Assembly (NCBI GenBank): GCA_027064005.1
Contig: JAMOQM010000030.1
Span: 1 to 58,680 of the forward strand
Direction: 5' to 3'
DNA length: 58,680 bases
Origin: Candidatus Cloacimonadota bacterium
GTDB lineage: Bacteria; Cloacimonadota; Cloacimonadia; Cloacimonadales; JAMOQM01
Position 1 is the stretch's first letter. Each line of letters starts with the position of its first letter. The notes under the pieces were generated by a model. It ran no database searches and was not told where the DNA came from. It worked only from the letters and a program-made list of their open reading frames with translations. Below, piece after piece: positions 19,054-29,055 of the stretch. Made by a program: the position numbers and the translations under genes.

Positions 19054-21436
19054 GACATTTGTTTAAATTGTTAAGAAAGTTTTTAGACTGTTTTTCACGA
19101 GAATATTCTTCAGGAATTTCTCGTTCAACATTATTTTGAGAAGTAATATATGCCAACAATTCCAAAATTTTCTTTTTTATTTCTTGAACATTTTCCATTG
19201 GACACAAAAAATTATGTCCATTTTCCCGCAAAATCTCCGCCGCTTCGCCATCTAAAGGAACCATAGCCAAAATTTCTTTTCCGCTTCTGAGATATTCGAA
19301 AATTTTTCCGGTTAAAACGCCTTTCCCATTTTTAGAAGCAATGAAAAGTAATAATGCATCCGAATTCATTAAAACCTCAATTGCTTGATCGTGTTCCAAT
19401 TGTGGTGTTATCTTTATATAGTCAGCAAGTTTCGGATTTAAAAGCTGCATTTGAGTTTCCTTATAGTAATTTCCTACGAAATTAAACTCCAAATTTTGAG
19501 GTAATTTTTTCTCAGTAATAAGTTCTTCAACAGCTTTAGCAAAATATTCAGCACTTCTATTTGCATAAAAGTTTCCGATATAACTTATAGTAATCTTATT
19601 TTCATTAGATATTTTTTTCACCGTTTTAAAATCTTTCGCATCCCAACCATTATACATTACAAAAATTTTATTTGAGAGCTGTTCCCCAAATTTCTTGATT
19701 AAATCCTCTCGCATTGTTTGGCTTACTGTTGTAACCATTGTGGCGTAATTCAAAATTTTTCTTTCAAAAAACTCCGCAAATTTAAGATGGAATTTCGTGA
19801 GATAAGTTAAATACGGATTCATCGTCCAGTGATCTCGATAATCGATAACCAGCGGTATTTTATATTTTTTACTTAAGAAATAGGATATTAATGATGAAGT
19901 ATATGGACCAATTGTGGCTGCAATTGCCAGATATTTTTTCTGTTTTATCATACTTTTACCTGCCAAATAGGCAAAAGGAAACCAGCCCAGTTTATCATCA
20001 ATCAAAAAACTACTGCGAATTATTTTCTTAAATTTTTCAGAAGAATTAAAATATATTTTAGGTGCCGATTTTGTTTTAGCGGAATTGTTATTTTTTTTCA
20101 ATGATGAGATTTTTTTCAAAATAGACATCACATCCCAAGAATTGGTTCTAATTACATTTTCAGCTCTATCTTCATTTAGTAATCCGTAATCAAACGAATG
20201 AAATATTATATCTTTCACCGTAATAACATCAGTTGAAACATTTTCATTTTTTAGATAAGAAACCAGCTTTGTAGGGCGTTGTACACCCGGACCACCAATT
20301 GGCGGGTAGAAATAGGCAAACAAAAGCAAATTATTTTCAGATTGGATAAATTCCTTTAATTTTGGCTCAATCAAATTCCAATTAAATTTATTCTTAATTA
20401 ACATCTTTGCATTATCTGAAAGAGTTTCATATTCTTTTTGAGACGTGTTTAAAGCTTCCTTCATTTTCTTAAAAATTTCATAATAATTATACTTTGAAAA
20501 ATATAGCGGATCGTTTTCATTAAAATTATCTTTTATAATCTCAAAATTATTCGTAATTGTCGGCAATCCTGCTTTTAGATATTCCAAAAGTTTAATCGGT
20601 AAAGCTTTTGTATATCTCAAAATTTTGGGATCGTGCAGACAAAATCCAAATCTGGCAGATTCTAGAATTGCATTCACATCCGATTGCTCGACCACTCCCC
20701 CGTATTTTACTTTGGTTGAAAGATGATGCTTTTCAATACAATTTTCTAAATCGGTAAGTGTATATTTCTTAATAAATTGCCCCACAATTAAAGCAGTAAC
20801 ATCTTTCTTTTTGAAAAGAGAAATTGCTTTGATCAGAACTTCAATTCCCTTTTCAGGATGAATTCCACCCACATAAATAAAATCGTATTTTTTCTTAGAA
20901 ATTATATGATCTTCCTCTTTTAAAATGGGATAATTGGGAATAATATTTACAGGAATATTTTTTTTAACAAACTTTTTTTCTAAATAATGATTCACAGCAA
21001 ATGCAAAATCTAATTTATTAATGAGAATTCTTTCAAAAATTTTATACGCAATCAAGGCAGGATACTTTAATAATGAATATCTTTCGGCAAAACCTTCTGC
21101 ATAAAATTCGTGATTATCATAACCGATTTGACAATTTAATTTTTCCTTTAATTTAATACCAACAATAATTGTAAGTGGTTCAACACAAATAACATAGTTT
21201 GGATTAAATAAGACGGTTTTCGTGTAAAGTTTTCTAAGTATTCCTATTTTAGAATCTTCAGAACATTTTTGGAAAGACGGATTTGAATTTAAATTAGTAT
21301 CGGTTTTGGGCGTAAAAATTCTTACATTATTCTCAATAGAAAGAGTTTTTGCAATTTTGTAATAAAGTCTGACATCTTTTCCAAGATGCGAATTTGAGAT
21401 AATCGCGATTCTATTCTTTATCTTCAAAATAAACAA
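19034..21436 (-). CDS. Fusion of two GT-B glycosyltransferase modules
   Basis: 800 aa. The first half has a GT1/GT4-like nucleotide-sugar domain (YVGGIHPEKGIEVLI...LPIKLLEYLKAGLPTI). The second half repeats the architecture (YIGNFYANRSAEYF...GKIFEYLRSGKEILAM). Confidence 0.55.
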   Translation of the reverse strand: MFILKIKNRIAIISNSHLGKDVRLYYKIAKTLSIENNVRIFTPKTDTNLNSNPSFQKCSEDSKIGILRKLYTKTVLFNPNYVICVEPLTIIVGIKLKEKLNCQIGYDNHEFYAEGFAERYSLLKYPALIAYKIFERILINKLDFAFAVNHYLEKKFVKKNIPVNIIPNYPILKEEDHIISKKKYDFIYVGGIHPEKGIEVLIKAISLFKKKDVTALIVGQFIKKYTLTDLENCIEKHHLSTKVKYGGVVEQSDVNAILESARFGFCLHDPKILRYTKALPIKLLEYLKAGLPTITNNFEIIKDNFNENDPLYFSKYNYYEIFKKMKEALNTSQKEYETLSDNAKMLIKNKFNWNLIEPKLKEFIQSENNLLLFAYFYPPIGGPGVQRPTKLVSYLKNENVSTDVITVKDIIFHSFDYGLLNEDRAENVIRTNSWDVMSILKKISSLKKNNNSAKTKSAPKIYFNSSEKFKKIIRSSFLIDDKLGWFPFAYLAGKSMIKQKKYLAIAATIGPYTSSLISYFLSKKYKIPLVIDYRDHWTMNPYLTYLTKFHLKFAEFFERKILNYATMVTTVSQTMREDLIKKFGEQLSNKIFVMYNGWDAKDFKTVKKISNENKITISYIGNFYANRSAEYFAKAVEELITEKKLPQNLEFNFVGNYYKETQMQLLNPKLADYIKITPQLEHDQAIEVLMNSDALLLFIASKNGKGVLTGKIFEYLRSGKEILAMVPLDGEAAEILRENGHNFLCPMENVQEIKKKILELLAYITSQNNVEREIPEEYSREKQSKNFLNNLNKCLGKNED

Positions 21437-23093
21437 ATACCTCAGATTTAGATTCTATCCCGCTAAAATGAATCACGTTATTTTTCAAAACAGATTTACA
21501 ATTCCCTTTGATATCTATTATATTTTTTGTACTGGTAATTGTTACTGAAAAATCCGCTAATTTTTCCGGAAAATATATCTTAAAATAATTTTTAGCTTCG
21601 GCAATCCTAACTTTCAAACGTTTTTCCCACCAATCTATCAATTCAGAATGAGTTACTTTATAGATATTAGAACTTTTTTCCAGTTCATAAATATAATTTA
21701 CCAATTGATCAGCATAAGGAATATCGACAAAATTGGAAGAAGAAATTTCAAGAGAAAACACTCCGTTGTTTTTCATAAGATTTTTATGAAGCTTAATTAT
21801 CATTTCTTTAGCTTCATCATAACTAATGTTACTTATTTCATCAAACCACAATTTTGTATCGGAAAAAGATACGGGTACAAACCACATTTTATGATTAACT
21901 TCTTTATCTTCTATTAAAGGTTTAAATGGAAAAGTTACTCCGTTTTTAAAACCGTTAGAAGTATTATAAGACCAATTTGAACAATATTTTGCATTCGATT
22001 CAACGTGAGAAATCAACTGCTTTCCCAAGTCAATTTTATTGTTCATTACTCGATAACCTTGGACTTGTTTATTCACAATTTTAGATAAATTTGTGAGATG
22101 CTTATTTATTGACTGCTGAGTTTTAGTATCTAAATAATCAATCAATAAGGAAATTTCATTGCCTTCTTTTGACAACAACTCAATAATTTTCACAACATCT
22201 TTATCGTCCAAACTATAATCTATTTCATTATCTTTAATATTGGAATTGTCGGCGAAAAAATAGGTAGCTTTCAATCCAAATTTTTTATCCAAATTAATAA
22301 AAGATTCAAAACACCAATACGGTTCAATATCTTCTAAAATAAATAAAAACAGGTCTTTAAACAAACTTCCAAACGCTCGAAATTTGAATAAAATAAGAAA
22401 CTTGAGATCTTTCAAAATATCTAAAATTAAATTTTTAAAAGACCATTTTTTTAAACGATTTATTGTGTGAGAAATTAAAAGAGCATAATCCTCATTTTTA
22501 GGCCAATAATTTTTCCTCACAATATAACGCTCATTTTTCTTAATTGACAAAACGATAAAATCGTTAAGAAGTTCCGTTAGATGAGTAACGCGTGTTGTAT
22601 ATTTATCTTTAAATAAAATGTTTTCTCGATCATCAAATCTGCCTAATTCATCTTTTTTCCCGTAACGATGTTCTTCATAAGAAACCAAAGAAAAAAACAC
22701 ATTTGCTATTAAATCAAAGTTGATTTGACCATAATAATTATTATCAAACATTCTTTGAATAAATGGTTCTTTATTTTTTTCATTAGAAAAGACTGTAAGC
22801 TTCTTTATAGATTTTAGAATCAGATTAGGCAAATCTTGACGTTCAAATGAAAATTGATAGAATTCCTCTTCCGCTTTACAAAAAATTGCCGGACGTCCTT
22901 CGCTTATCCATTTCATTTCCGATTCAGTGGGATAAACCAAGGCATAACAAAAAAGCAAATCATTCTCTGAAAGTTGAGTTAAAGATTCTATATACCGATA
23001 TTCATATCCAAGTGTATTGAAAATATACTTAAAGGTATAATCTATCGACTGCTTATACTTTTCTAATTTTTGATCCAATAATATGCCAATCAT
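21411..23093 (-). CDS. Hypothetical protein, possibly polysaccharide-deacetylase-like (CE4-related) with an N-terminal accessory domain
   Basis: 560 aa. FDLIANVFFSLVSYEEHRY...DELGRFD and later GYRVMN...GFKNGVTFPFKP resemble, from memory, deacetylase-family proteins of EPS clusters. No verification was possible. Confidence 0.35.
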   Translation of the reverse strand: MIGILLDQKLEKYKQSIDYTFKYIFNTLGYEYRYIESLTQLSENDLLFCYALVYPTESEMKWISEGRPAIFCKAEEEFYQFSFERQDLPNLILKSIKKLTVFSNEKNKEPFIQRMFDNNYYGQINFDLIANVFFSLVSYEEHRYGKKDELGRFDDRENILFKDKYTTRVTHLTELLNDFIVLSIKKNERYIVRKNYWPKNEDYALLISHTINRLKKWSFKNLILDILKDLKFLILFKFRAFGSLFKDLFLFILEDIEPYWCFESFINLDKKFGLKATYFFADNSNIKDNEIDYSLDDKDVVKIIELLSKEGNEISLLIDYLDTKTQQSINKHLTNLSKIVNKQVQGYRVMNNKIDLGKQLISHVESNAKYCSNWSYNTSNGFKNGVTFPFKPLIEDKEVNHKMWFVPVSFSDTKLWFDEISNISYDEAKEMIIKLHKNLMKNNGVFSLEISSSNFVDIPYADQLVNYIYELEKSSNIYKVTHSELIDWWEKRLKVRIAEAKNYFKIYFPEKLADFSVTITSTKNIIDIKGNCKSVLKNNVIHFSGIESKSEVFVYFEDKE

Positions 23094-23130
23094 TTTTTAC
23101 TCTCAATTAATATTTAAAAAACAAATCAGT

Positions 23131-24048
23131 TCAAAGAGAAAATTTTGTCCAATTTATTTTAAAAAAAGTTACGAGCCTGCTGTCAAAGTGGGATTTAAAT
23201 TCTGCAATTTTTGGAATATTTGCCCCACAAAGATCGAATAAATCAAAATTAGTTTTAAGATTTTCAATTACTTTATAAATTAGATAAGAATTTACCCCGA
23301 GGTTATTTAGCTGTGGATTTGACACGGCTAGAAAATCATAAACAATTCTATTATTTTGATCAGGAATTACCAGTCGAGAAGCAATAATTTCGTTCTTATA
23401 TTTTACATTAAATTGACGAAATAGTTTTTTCTCAAAAAAATATTTTAACAGCTGTAACAATTTTTCATCACTAATGGGAAATTTCTTTTTTTGCCTCTGA
23501 AAAGTTAAATTATGAAGAGTTATAAATTTTTCAATATCGTATTTTTCTTCAAATTCTATCTTATTCTTAATAGCTTTTTTAATAGATTTTCGGGCTGATG
23601 AATGATAGTTTAGCAAACTATTTTCGTTCAAATTAATTTGATAAGTGTAAAGAGGTCTTATATTATATTGATGATGAGAAAATGCTCTAATATCGTAAAT
23701 TTCCGGTGAAAGATTTGTCTCAAAAAAATAATATTCTTTTTGAAAAAATTCCGCTATTGCGTTCATAATTTGAAGTTTTATTTTTTCATTTTCATTTCTT
23801 CTTTTACGCTTTTCAAAAAGAAATTCAATCGGTTGATAATATTGTATAAAGGGTTTGACTACGACATCAAAGGTGTATTTTCTTTTAAAAAAATATGGTA
23901 AAACTGCCAAGATCTCGGATTTTTTTTTAACAATAAGATATTGCAGATTCAGATGGAAAAAATCGGCACAAATATTTAGAAAGGCCTTATTATTAAAACC
24001 ATCAAATTTGTTTTCATAATCAACTACTGAATGAAGAGTGTAACCCAT
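23131..24048 (-). CDS. FemAB/GNAT-like acyltransferase-fold protein (tentative)
   Basis: 305 aa. The size and layout resemble BioF2-like/FemAB-type acetyltransferases often found in glycan clusters. Support from sequence motifs alone is weak. Confidence 0.35.
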   Translation of the reverse strand: MGYTLHSVVDYENKFDGFNNKAFLNICADFFHLNLQYLIVKKKSEILAVLPYFFKRKYTFDVVVKPFIQYYQPIEFLFEKRKRRNENEKIKLQIMNAIAEFFQKEYYFFETNLSPEIYDIRAFSHHQYNIRPLYTYQINLNENSLLNYHSSARKSIKKAIKNKIEFEEKYDIEKFITLHNLTFQRQKKKFPISDEKLLQLLKYFFEKKLFRQFNVKYKNEIIASRLVIPDQNNRIVYDFLAVSNPQLNNLGVNSYLIYKVIENLKTNFDLFDLCGANIPKIAEFKSHFDSRLVTFFKINWTKFSL

Positions 24049-24054
24049 TTAGCC

Positions 24055-25473
24055 TTATTCTTCTTCATAAATTTTCAATTTATTTCGTAAAGTACGAGCC
24101 GTTACTCCCAGTTTTTTGGCAGCTTCTGTTTTGTTATTATTTGTCTCTTCCAACAATTTATAAATTATTTCTTTTTCAATTTCCGCTAAGGTTCGATCTT
24201 TAATATTAACTAAATATTTATCATCAATATTTTCATTTGTTTTAACAATTTCATTACTCAAATTTACCGGATAGTTTTTCGTTTTACCGCCAATAAAATT
24301 AAAAGAATTTATATCTAAGACATCTTTTCTTGTAGTTATCAAAGCTCTTTCAATTGCATTTTGCAATTCTCTGATATTACCCGGCCAACGATAATCCATT
24401 AAAAAATCTATAGCTTCCGCCGAAATTGATTTCTTTGGAATACCCATTTCAAAACACAATTTTTTAATAAAAGAATTTATTAATAACGGAATATCTTCTT
24501 TCCGTTCTCGTAACGGTGGAATTCTTATCGGCACAATACTGAGTCTGAAAAATAAATCTTCTCTAAAAGTACCTTTGCTTATTTCTTCTGTTAAATCCCG
24601 ATTAGAAGTCGCAATAATCCTCGTATCAACTTTAATTGGCATTTCACCGCCGATTCGTGAGAATTCTTTTTCTTGAATTACCCGAAGCAATTTTGCCTGT
24701 AAATCCAAATTCATTTCACTGATTTCATCAAGAAGAATTGAACCTTTATTAGAAAGCTCAAATTTACCGATTGTTCGCTTTATTGCACCGGTAAAAGCAC
24801 CTTTTTCAAATCCGAATAATTCGCTTTCAATAAGATGTTCCGGCAAAGCAGCACAATTAATTTTAATGTATTTTTCATTTTTTCTTTTACTCAAAGTATG
24901 AATTGCCTCAGCAACCAATTCTTTTCCGGTACCACTTTCACCGGTAATCAAAATAGTGGTATTTGTAGGAGCAACCATTTTTACCAAATCCATGACATCC
25001 GTGATTGGTTTACTTTTACCAATAATTTTTGGAAAAGATTTTTCAGAAATGATATTTTTTTTTATTCGTTCATTTTCTAAAATCAAATCTTGTCTTTCAA
25101 AAATGTGCTTCACAATCAATTCCAGATCATCAATTAATACCGGTTTTGTTATATATTCATAAGCTCCATAAGCCATCGCCTTTGCTGCACTATCTCCCGC
25201 TCCGTACGCAGTAATCAGCACGGTATCGGTTGTCGGTGAATTTTCAGATACAAATTTTATAACATCTAACCCACTTTTGCCCGGCATCTTCAAATCTGTA
25301 AATATAAGATCATATTTCTTTTGCTTAATCTTAGCAATCGCCTCATCTCCATTAGCCGCAGTTTCCAATAAACATTTGCTATAAGCCGATATTGATTGGA
25401 AAAAATTTACTATAAATTCGCGGATTAAAACTTCATCATCAACTATAAGTATTTTTTTTTTCATATTTCTCAA
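24055..25473 (-). CDS. Sigma-54-dependent response regulator (NtrC family: REC + AAA+ + Fis-type HTH)
   Basis: 472 aa. Receiver (ILIVDDE...TDLKMPG), Walker A GESGTGKE, intact GAFTGA loop (EKGAFTGA), ESELFG, C-terminal HTH (NKTEAAKKLGVTARTLRNKL). The start may be the ATG at 25464. Confidence 0.9.
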   Translation of the reverse strand: MRNMKKKILIVDDEVLIREFIVNFFQSISAYSKCLLETAANGDEAIAKIKQKKYDLIFTDLKMPGKSGLDVIKFVSENSPTTDTVLITAYGAGDSAAKAMAYGAYEYITKPVLIDDLELIVKHIFERQDLILENERIKKNIISEKSFPKIIGKSKPITDVMDLVKMVAPTNTTILITGESGTGKELVAEAIHTLSKRKNEKYIKINCAALPEHLIESELFGFEKGAFTGAIKRTIGKFELSNKGSILLDEISEMNLDLQAKLLRVIQEKEFSRIGGEMPIKVDTRIIATSNRDLTEEISKGTFREDLFFRLSIVPIRIPPLRERKEDIPLLINSFIKKLCFEMGIPKKSISAEAIDFLMDYRWPGNIRELQNAIERALITTRKDVLDINSFNFIGGKTKNYPVNLSNEIVKTNENIDDKYLVNIKDRTLAEIEKEIIYKLLEETNNNKTEAAKKLGVTARTLRNKLKIYEEE

Positions 25474-26773
25474 ACAGTGGCAAGGTTATCGAAAAAGTAG
25501 TTCCTTTATTAATTTCAGATGTAACGTGAATATCACCTTGATGAAGATTAATAATTTTTTTACAAATTGCTAAACCTAAGCCGTTTCCTGTCTCCTTCGT
25601 CGTAAAAAATGGATTAAATAATTTTTGCATATTTTCGGGAGTAATTCCCTTTCCGTTGTCAATAATATCAATTTGAACAAAGCTAAACAATTGTCTTAAC
25701 TCTTCAATTTCTTCAGGTTCCAAAACATCACTCATATTTTCAGGCATAATAGTTTTGGTTTTTATTTCAATAAAAGATTTTTCTTTGGATGTATCTCTGG
25801 CATCAAAAGCATTTCTAAGCATATTTAATAATATTTGCTGAAAAAGTTGGCTATCTATATAAATATTAACTTCATTTTCACAATAATTTTTAATAATTTC
25901 AAATTCTTCTGAATTAATTGAAATACTCATTTTAAAGAAATCTATAACTTCATCCAATAATTTATGAATGTTCTTTTTAGTAGGATTTAATTTTTGAGGT
26001 CTTGTATAAGTTAATAAATTAGTAACGATACTGTTTAAACGATTAACTCCGGAAATTATTGGTGTAACTAATTTTTTCCGTGAATCTTCCGCCGGTAATT
26101 GTCTGTCGAGTAATCCGGCAAAACCTCCAATCCCGCTCAAAGGATTCCTAATTTCGTGAGCTACACTTGCAGCCATTTCCCCCAAAGCAGCCAAAGTTTC
26201 CATATGACTCATTCGCTTTTGCAATTTATTCAACTCCGAGACATCATTAAATATTTCTGCAACACCCAAAAATTCATTGTTGCTATCAGTTATAATCGAA
26301 GTACTATATTCAACTTCTCTAATTTCTTCATCAGCAGAAATAACCACTTTTTGTCTATGATGAGTTTCTTTACCGGTTGAGAGGGTTTGAAGAGCTGATT
26401 TATTTATATCCAAATGGTTTTTTTGTAAAAATTCCCTATAATTCAAGCCGACAACATCGTTTTTGTAATAACCGGTAATATTTTCCGCAGCTTTATTAAA
26501 AATGATAATTTCAGCTGAATTATCAATCACAATAACACCTGTATAAATATTCTCTAATATAGAATTTAGAAAATTTTTCGTATTTTCCCTTTTAGTAATT
26601 TGTTTCTCGAGCTCAATATTTTTTTTTTCTAATTGAGTAGAAAGAAAATTAATTTTATCTTGAAGTTCTTGAAAGGTATTTTGAAATTTGGATACAATTT
26701 CTGTAAAATTCCGGACTGCATCTGTTAAGACTTCTATTTTTTCAAGATTGTCTAAATTACTTTTATCTCTCAT
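25439..26773 (-). CDS. Cytoplasmic PAS-domain sensor histidine kinase
   Basis: 444 aa with no TM segment. N-terminal coiled coil, PAS-like region, H-box AHEIRNPL, and N/G boxes (LLNMLRNAFDA, DNGKGI, GNGLGL). Confidence 0.85.
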   Translation of the reverse strand: MRDKSNLDNLEKIEVLTDAVRNFTEIVSKFQNTFQELQDKINFLSTQLEKKNIELEKQITKRENTKNFLNSILENIYTGVIVIDNSAEIIIFNKAAENITGYYKNDVVGLNYREFLQKNHLDINKSALQTLSTGKETHHRQKVVISADEEIREVEYSTSIITDSNNEFLGVAEIFNDVSELNKLQKRMSHMETLAALGEMAASVAHEIRNPLSGIGGFAGLLDRQLPAEDSRKKLVTPIISGVNRLNSIVTNLLTYTRPQKLNPTKKNIHKLLDEVIDFFKMSISINSEEFEIIKNYCENEVNIYIDSQLFQQILLNMLRNAFDARDTSKEKSFIEIKTKTIMPENMSDVLEPEEIEELRQLFSFVQIDIIDNGKGITPENMQKLFNPFFTTKETGNGLGLAICKKIINLHQGDIHVTSEINKGTTFSITLPLFEKYEKKNTYS

Positions 26774-27470
26774 TACTCTTCAAAATCTCAGATTTTTTTA
26801 TTTTATATTCCCGTTCGGAGATAACTCCTGTTGCTAATAAAGAATCTAATCTTTTCAATAACTCTGTTAATTTTTTCTTTTTCCCGGATTTAGAAAAACT
26901 AGAATAAGATTTTTTTGCCAATTCATGATTTAATAATGGATCTTTTTTTGATTTTTCTGTATTTCTACTGACTATTTTAGGATAAATATTTAAGTAATTT
27001 TCAACATCAGGTTTTAATTCCTGATTTTCTTCAGTTTCCCCTATTTTATTTTTTTTTTTTAATTCTGCTATTTCATCTTCTAATTTTTTAATATCTTCGT
27101 AACCTTTTTTATTAAGCAACAATTTGTTGATAAGTTTTCCTAATTCATTTAGTCTAAAAGGTTTGACCAAATATTCTTTTGCTCCTAATTTTAGAGCTTT
27201 AGTTGCCGAACTAATGCTTGGATATCCGGTCATAATTATCACTTGAATCTGATCGTTGATTTTTTGAATTTTTTCTGTTAATTCAATACCACTCATACCC
27301 GGCATTTTAATATCAATTAATGCTATATCGATATTATTTTTATCTATGATTGCAAGAGCTTTGTAACCATCGGGAGCTAAAAATACGTTATATGATTTTT
27401 TAATTAGAAAATCATATAACACATCCCGTAAGAGTAATTCATCATCAACAACTAATACATTAATTTCCAT
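26763..27470 (-). CDS. Response regulator receiver fused to a C-terminal SHOCT-like motif
   Basis: Start placed at MEINVLVVDDE (the ATG 27470..27468 overlaps the upstream TAA by 1 nt). Receiver motifs (DIKMPGMSG, KPF). The C-terminus LDSLLATGVISEREYKIKKSEIL fits the SHOCT consensus. Confidence 0.65.
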   Translation of the reverse strand: MEINVLVVDDELLLRDVLYDFLIKKSYNVFLAPDGYKALAIIDKNNIDIALIDIKMPGMSGIELTEKIQKINDQIQVIIMTGYPSISSATKALKLGAKEYLVKPFRLNELGKLINKLLLNKKGYEDIKKLEDEIAELKKKNKIGETEENQELKPDVENYLNIYPKIVSRNTEKSKKDPLLNHELAKKSYSSFSKSGKKKKLTELLKRLDSLLATGVISEREYKIKKSEILKSNER

Positions 27471-27724
27471 TAATAATCCAATTCTATTGAAAATTTTTCG
27501 CCACAACCGCAAATTACATCTATTGACAAAACTATTCCCTGGTCATTTCTATTAACATTTATTACCGGTTTGTTATTTAAGGGAATAGTTTCTCCAGGAA
27601 TTTCTAATTTCTTTGATTCCACTTCATTAACATGCTGTAAAACGCGAGGAATTTTTGTAGCGGAATCAACTTTTTTAGTTCCGGAATCAGTTATTTTATA
27701 TTGTTTAATAACTCTATTTATCAT
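27470..27724 (-). CDS. Small hypothetical protein (84 aa) translationally coupled between two receiver genes
   Basis: The ORF overlaps the upstream REC gene by 11 nt and the downstream start by 1 nt (TAATG). The C-terminal VICGCGEKFSIELDY has no family I recognise. Confidence 0.4.
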   Translation of the reverse strand: MINRVIKQYKITDSGTKKVDSATKIPRVLQHVNEVESKKLEIPGETIPLNNKPVINVNRNDQGIVLSIDVICGCGEKFSIELDY

Positions 27725-28085
27725 AACGTTTAATTACCTTTAACAAAATCTCACGCAATGAAGACAAAGAAAATGGTTTTAAAAGATACGCATCTGCTTT
27801 GGTAGTCATAGCCTCCTCTTGAGATTTTGAAGGTTGATACCCCGTCATTAAAATAACCGGAAGATTCGGGAATATTTGCTTCAACATTTGCAAAAGCTTT
27901 AATCCGTTTAATTTTGGCATTCTGATATCCGTTATAACAAGATCGAAAGAATATTTTGTACACATTCTTAAAGCTTCTTCTCCATCTTTAGCACTAACAA
28001 CGGAATATCCTAATGTATCCAAAAATTCAGTTATTATTTCCCTGATATTTTCTTCATCATCAACTACTAAAATATTTTTTATCAT
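27714..28085 (-). CDS. Stand-alone response-regulator receiver (CheY-like)
   Basis: 123 aa. ILVVDDE, DLVITDIRMPKLNG and LLKPF are the acidic pocket, phospho-Asp and conserved Lys positions. Confidence 0.85.
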   Translation of the reverse strand: MIKNILVVDDEENIREIITEFLDTLGYSVVSAKDGEEALRMCTKYSFDLVITDIRMPKLNGLKLLQMLKQIFPNLPVILMTGYQPSKSQEEAMTTKADAYLLKPFSLSSLREILLKVIKRYDK

Positions 28086-28118
28086 AATTTTAACCTTATA
28101 TGAAGTTATTAATTCAAT

Positions 28119-29054
28119 TTATTTGAAAAGTGCATCAATGTCGATTTCTTCTTCATCTTTCTTCTTTTCGTTACCACCGCTAAATAAAGCATCTATATCT
28201 ACTTCTTCTTTCTTCTTTTCAACTCCACCGCCAAACAAAGCATCTATATCTATTTCTTCGCTATTATCTCCACCAGATTTTGCAGCCGCAGCGATAGGTT
28301 TTAATTCTTCTTCTTTATCTTTTGGTATTTCAACATCTACGTTTTTTGTTTCAAAGAGATTGTCAATTGCATTTTGAATATCTTTTTTATCTACAAATTT
28401 TGCATCTGAATTAAAAGCGTTTTTATCAATATAATGCTCGGCAGAATGTTCCGTGGAATCTGATCCTTCTTCAAATTCATTTAATAAACTTGCTACATAT
28501 AACAAAGTTTTTTCAGTATCTGATAATAAAGAATAAGCTCCGGCTATTTGTTGAGCTGTAATGTCTTGAAATTGAAGAAAATCAATTATAGTAAAAGCGG
28601 CATCTTGATTCTGATGAATTTTTTCTATGATCTCATTAATTATCGTTTCCTTATCTTTATCATTACTTTTTAGTTTTTCAATCAAATCCAAAATTGTCAT
28701 CTGCTCATCATCTAAACGTTCTGCAACATCCATAATTTTATTAGTAGCTTCTTCTGTCGTTGAAGTTACTTTTTGAAGTTGGGCTCCGGTTTTTTTAAGC
28801 AAACCATCAACGCTCTTCTTTAATTCTGACCGGCTAGAATGAATCGAATCAATAACAACCCGAATAAGTTCATAACTTTTGTCAACTTCTGTTTGAATAG
28901 AATCAATTTTTTCTTTTATCAGATTCATTTTATTCAAAACTACTTTGTTTTCTAATTTGTCACGTTTAATTAAAGGAGCAATTTCATTGTCAATTTCCTC
29001 AAACATCTTTCTCAAAAGTTCAATTGAAGGAACGATCCCTGAAAATTTTGCCAT
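28119..29054 (-). CDS. cheZ: CheZ-like CheY-P phosphatase with a triplicated C-terminal acidic peptide
   Basis: 311 aa, mostly helical. FQDITAQQI has the D-x3-Q catalytic spacing of the E. coli CheZ QDLTGQ motif. The start lies 1 nt after the cheY stop. The C-terminus carries three EE(I/V)DIDALF repeats. Confidence 0.55.
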   Translation of the reverse strand: MAKFSGIVPSIELLRKMFEEIDNEIAPLIKRDKLENKVVLNKMNLIKEKIDSIQTEVDKSYELIRVVIDSIHSSRSELKKSVDGLLKKTGAQLQKVTSTTEEATNKIMDVAERLDDEQMTILDLIEKLKSNDKDKETIINEIIEKIHQNQDAAFTIIDFLQFQDITAQQIAGAYSLLSDTEKTLLYVASLLNEFEEGSDSTEHSAEHYIDKNAFNSDAKFVDKKDIQNAIDNLFETKNVDVEIPKDKEEELKPIAAAAKSGGDNSEEIDIDALFGGGVEKKKEEVDIDALFSGGNEKKKDEEEIDIDALFK

Positions 29055-29055
29055 T

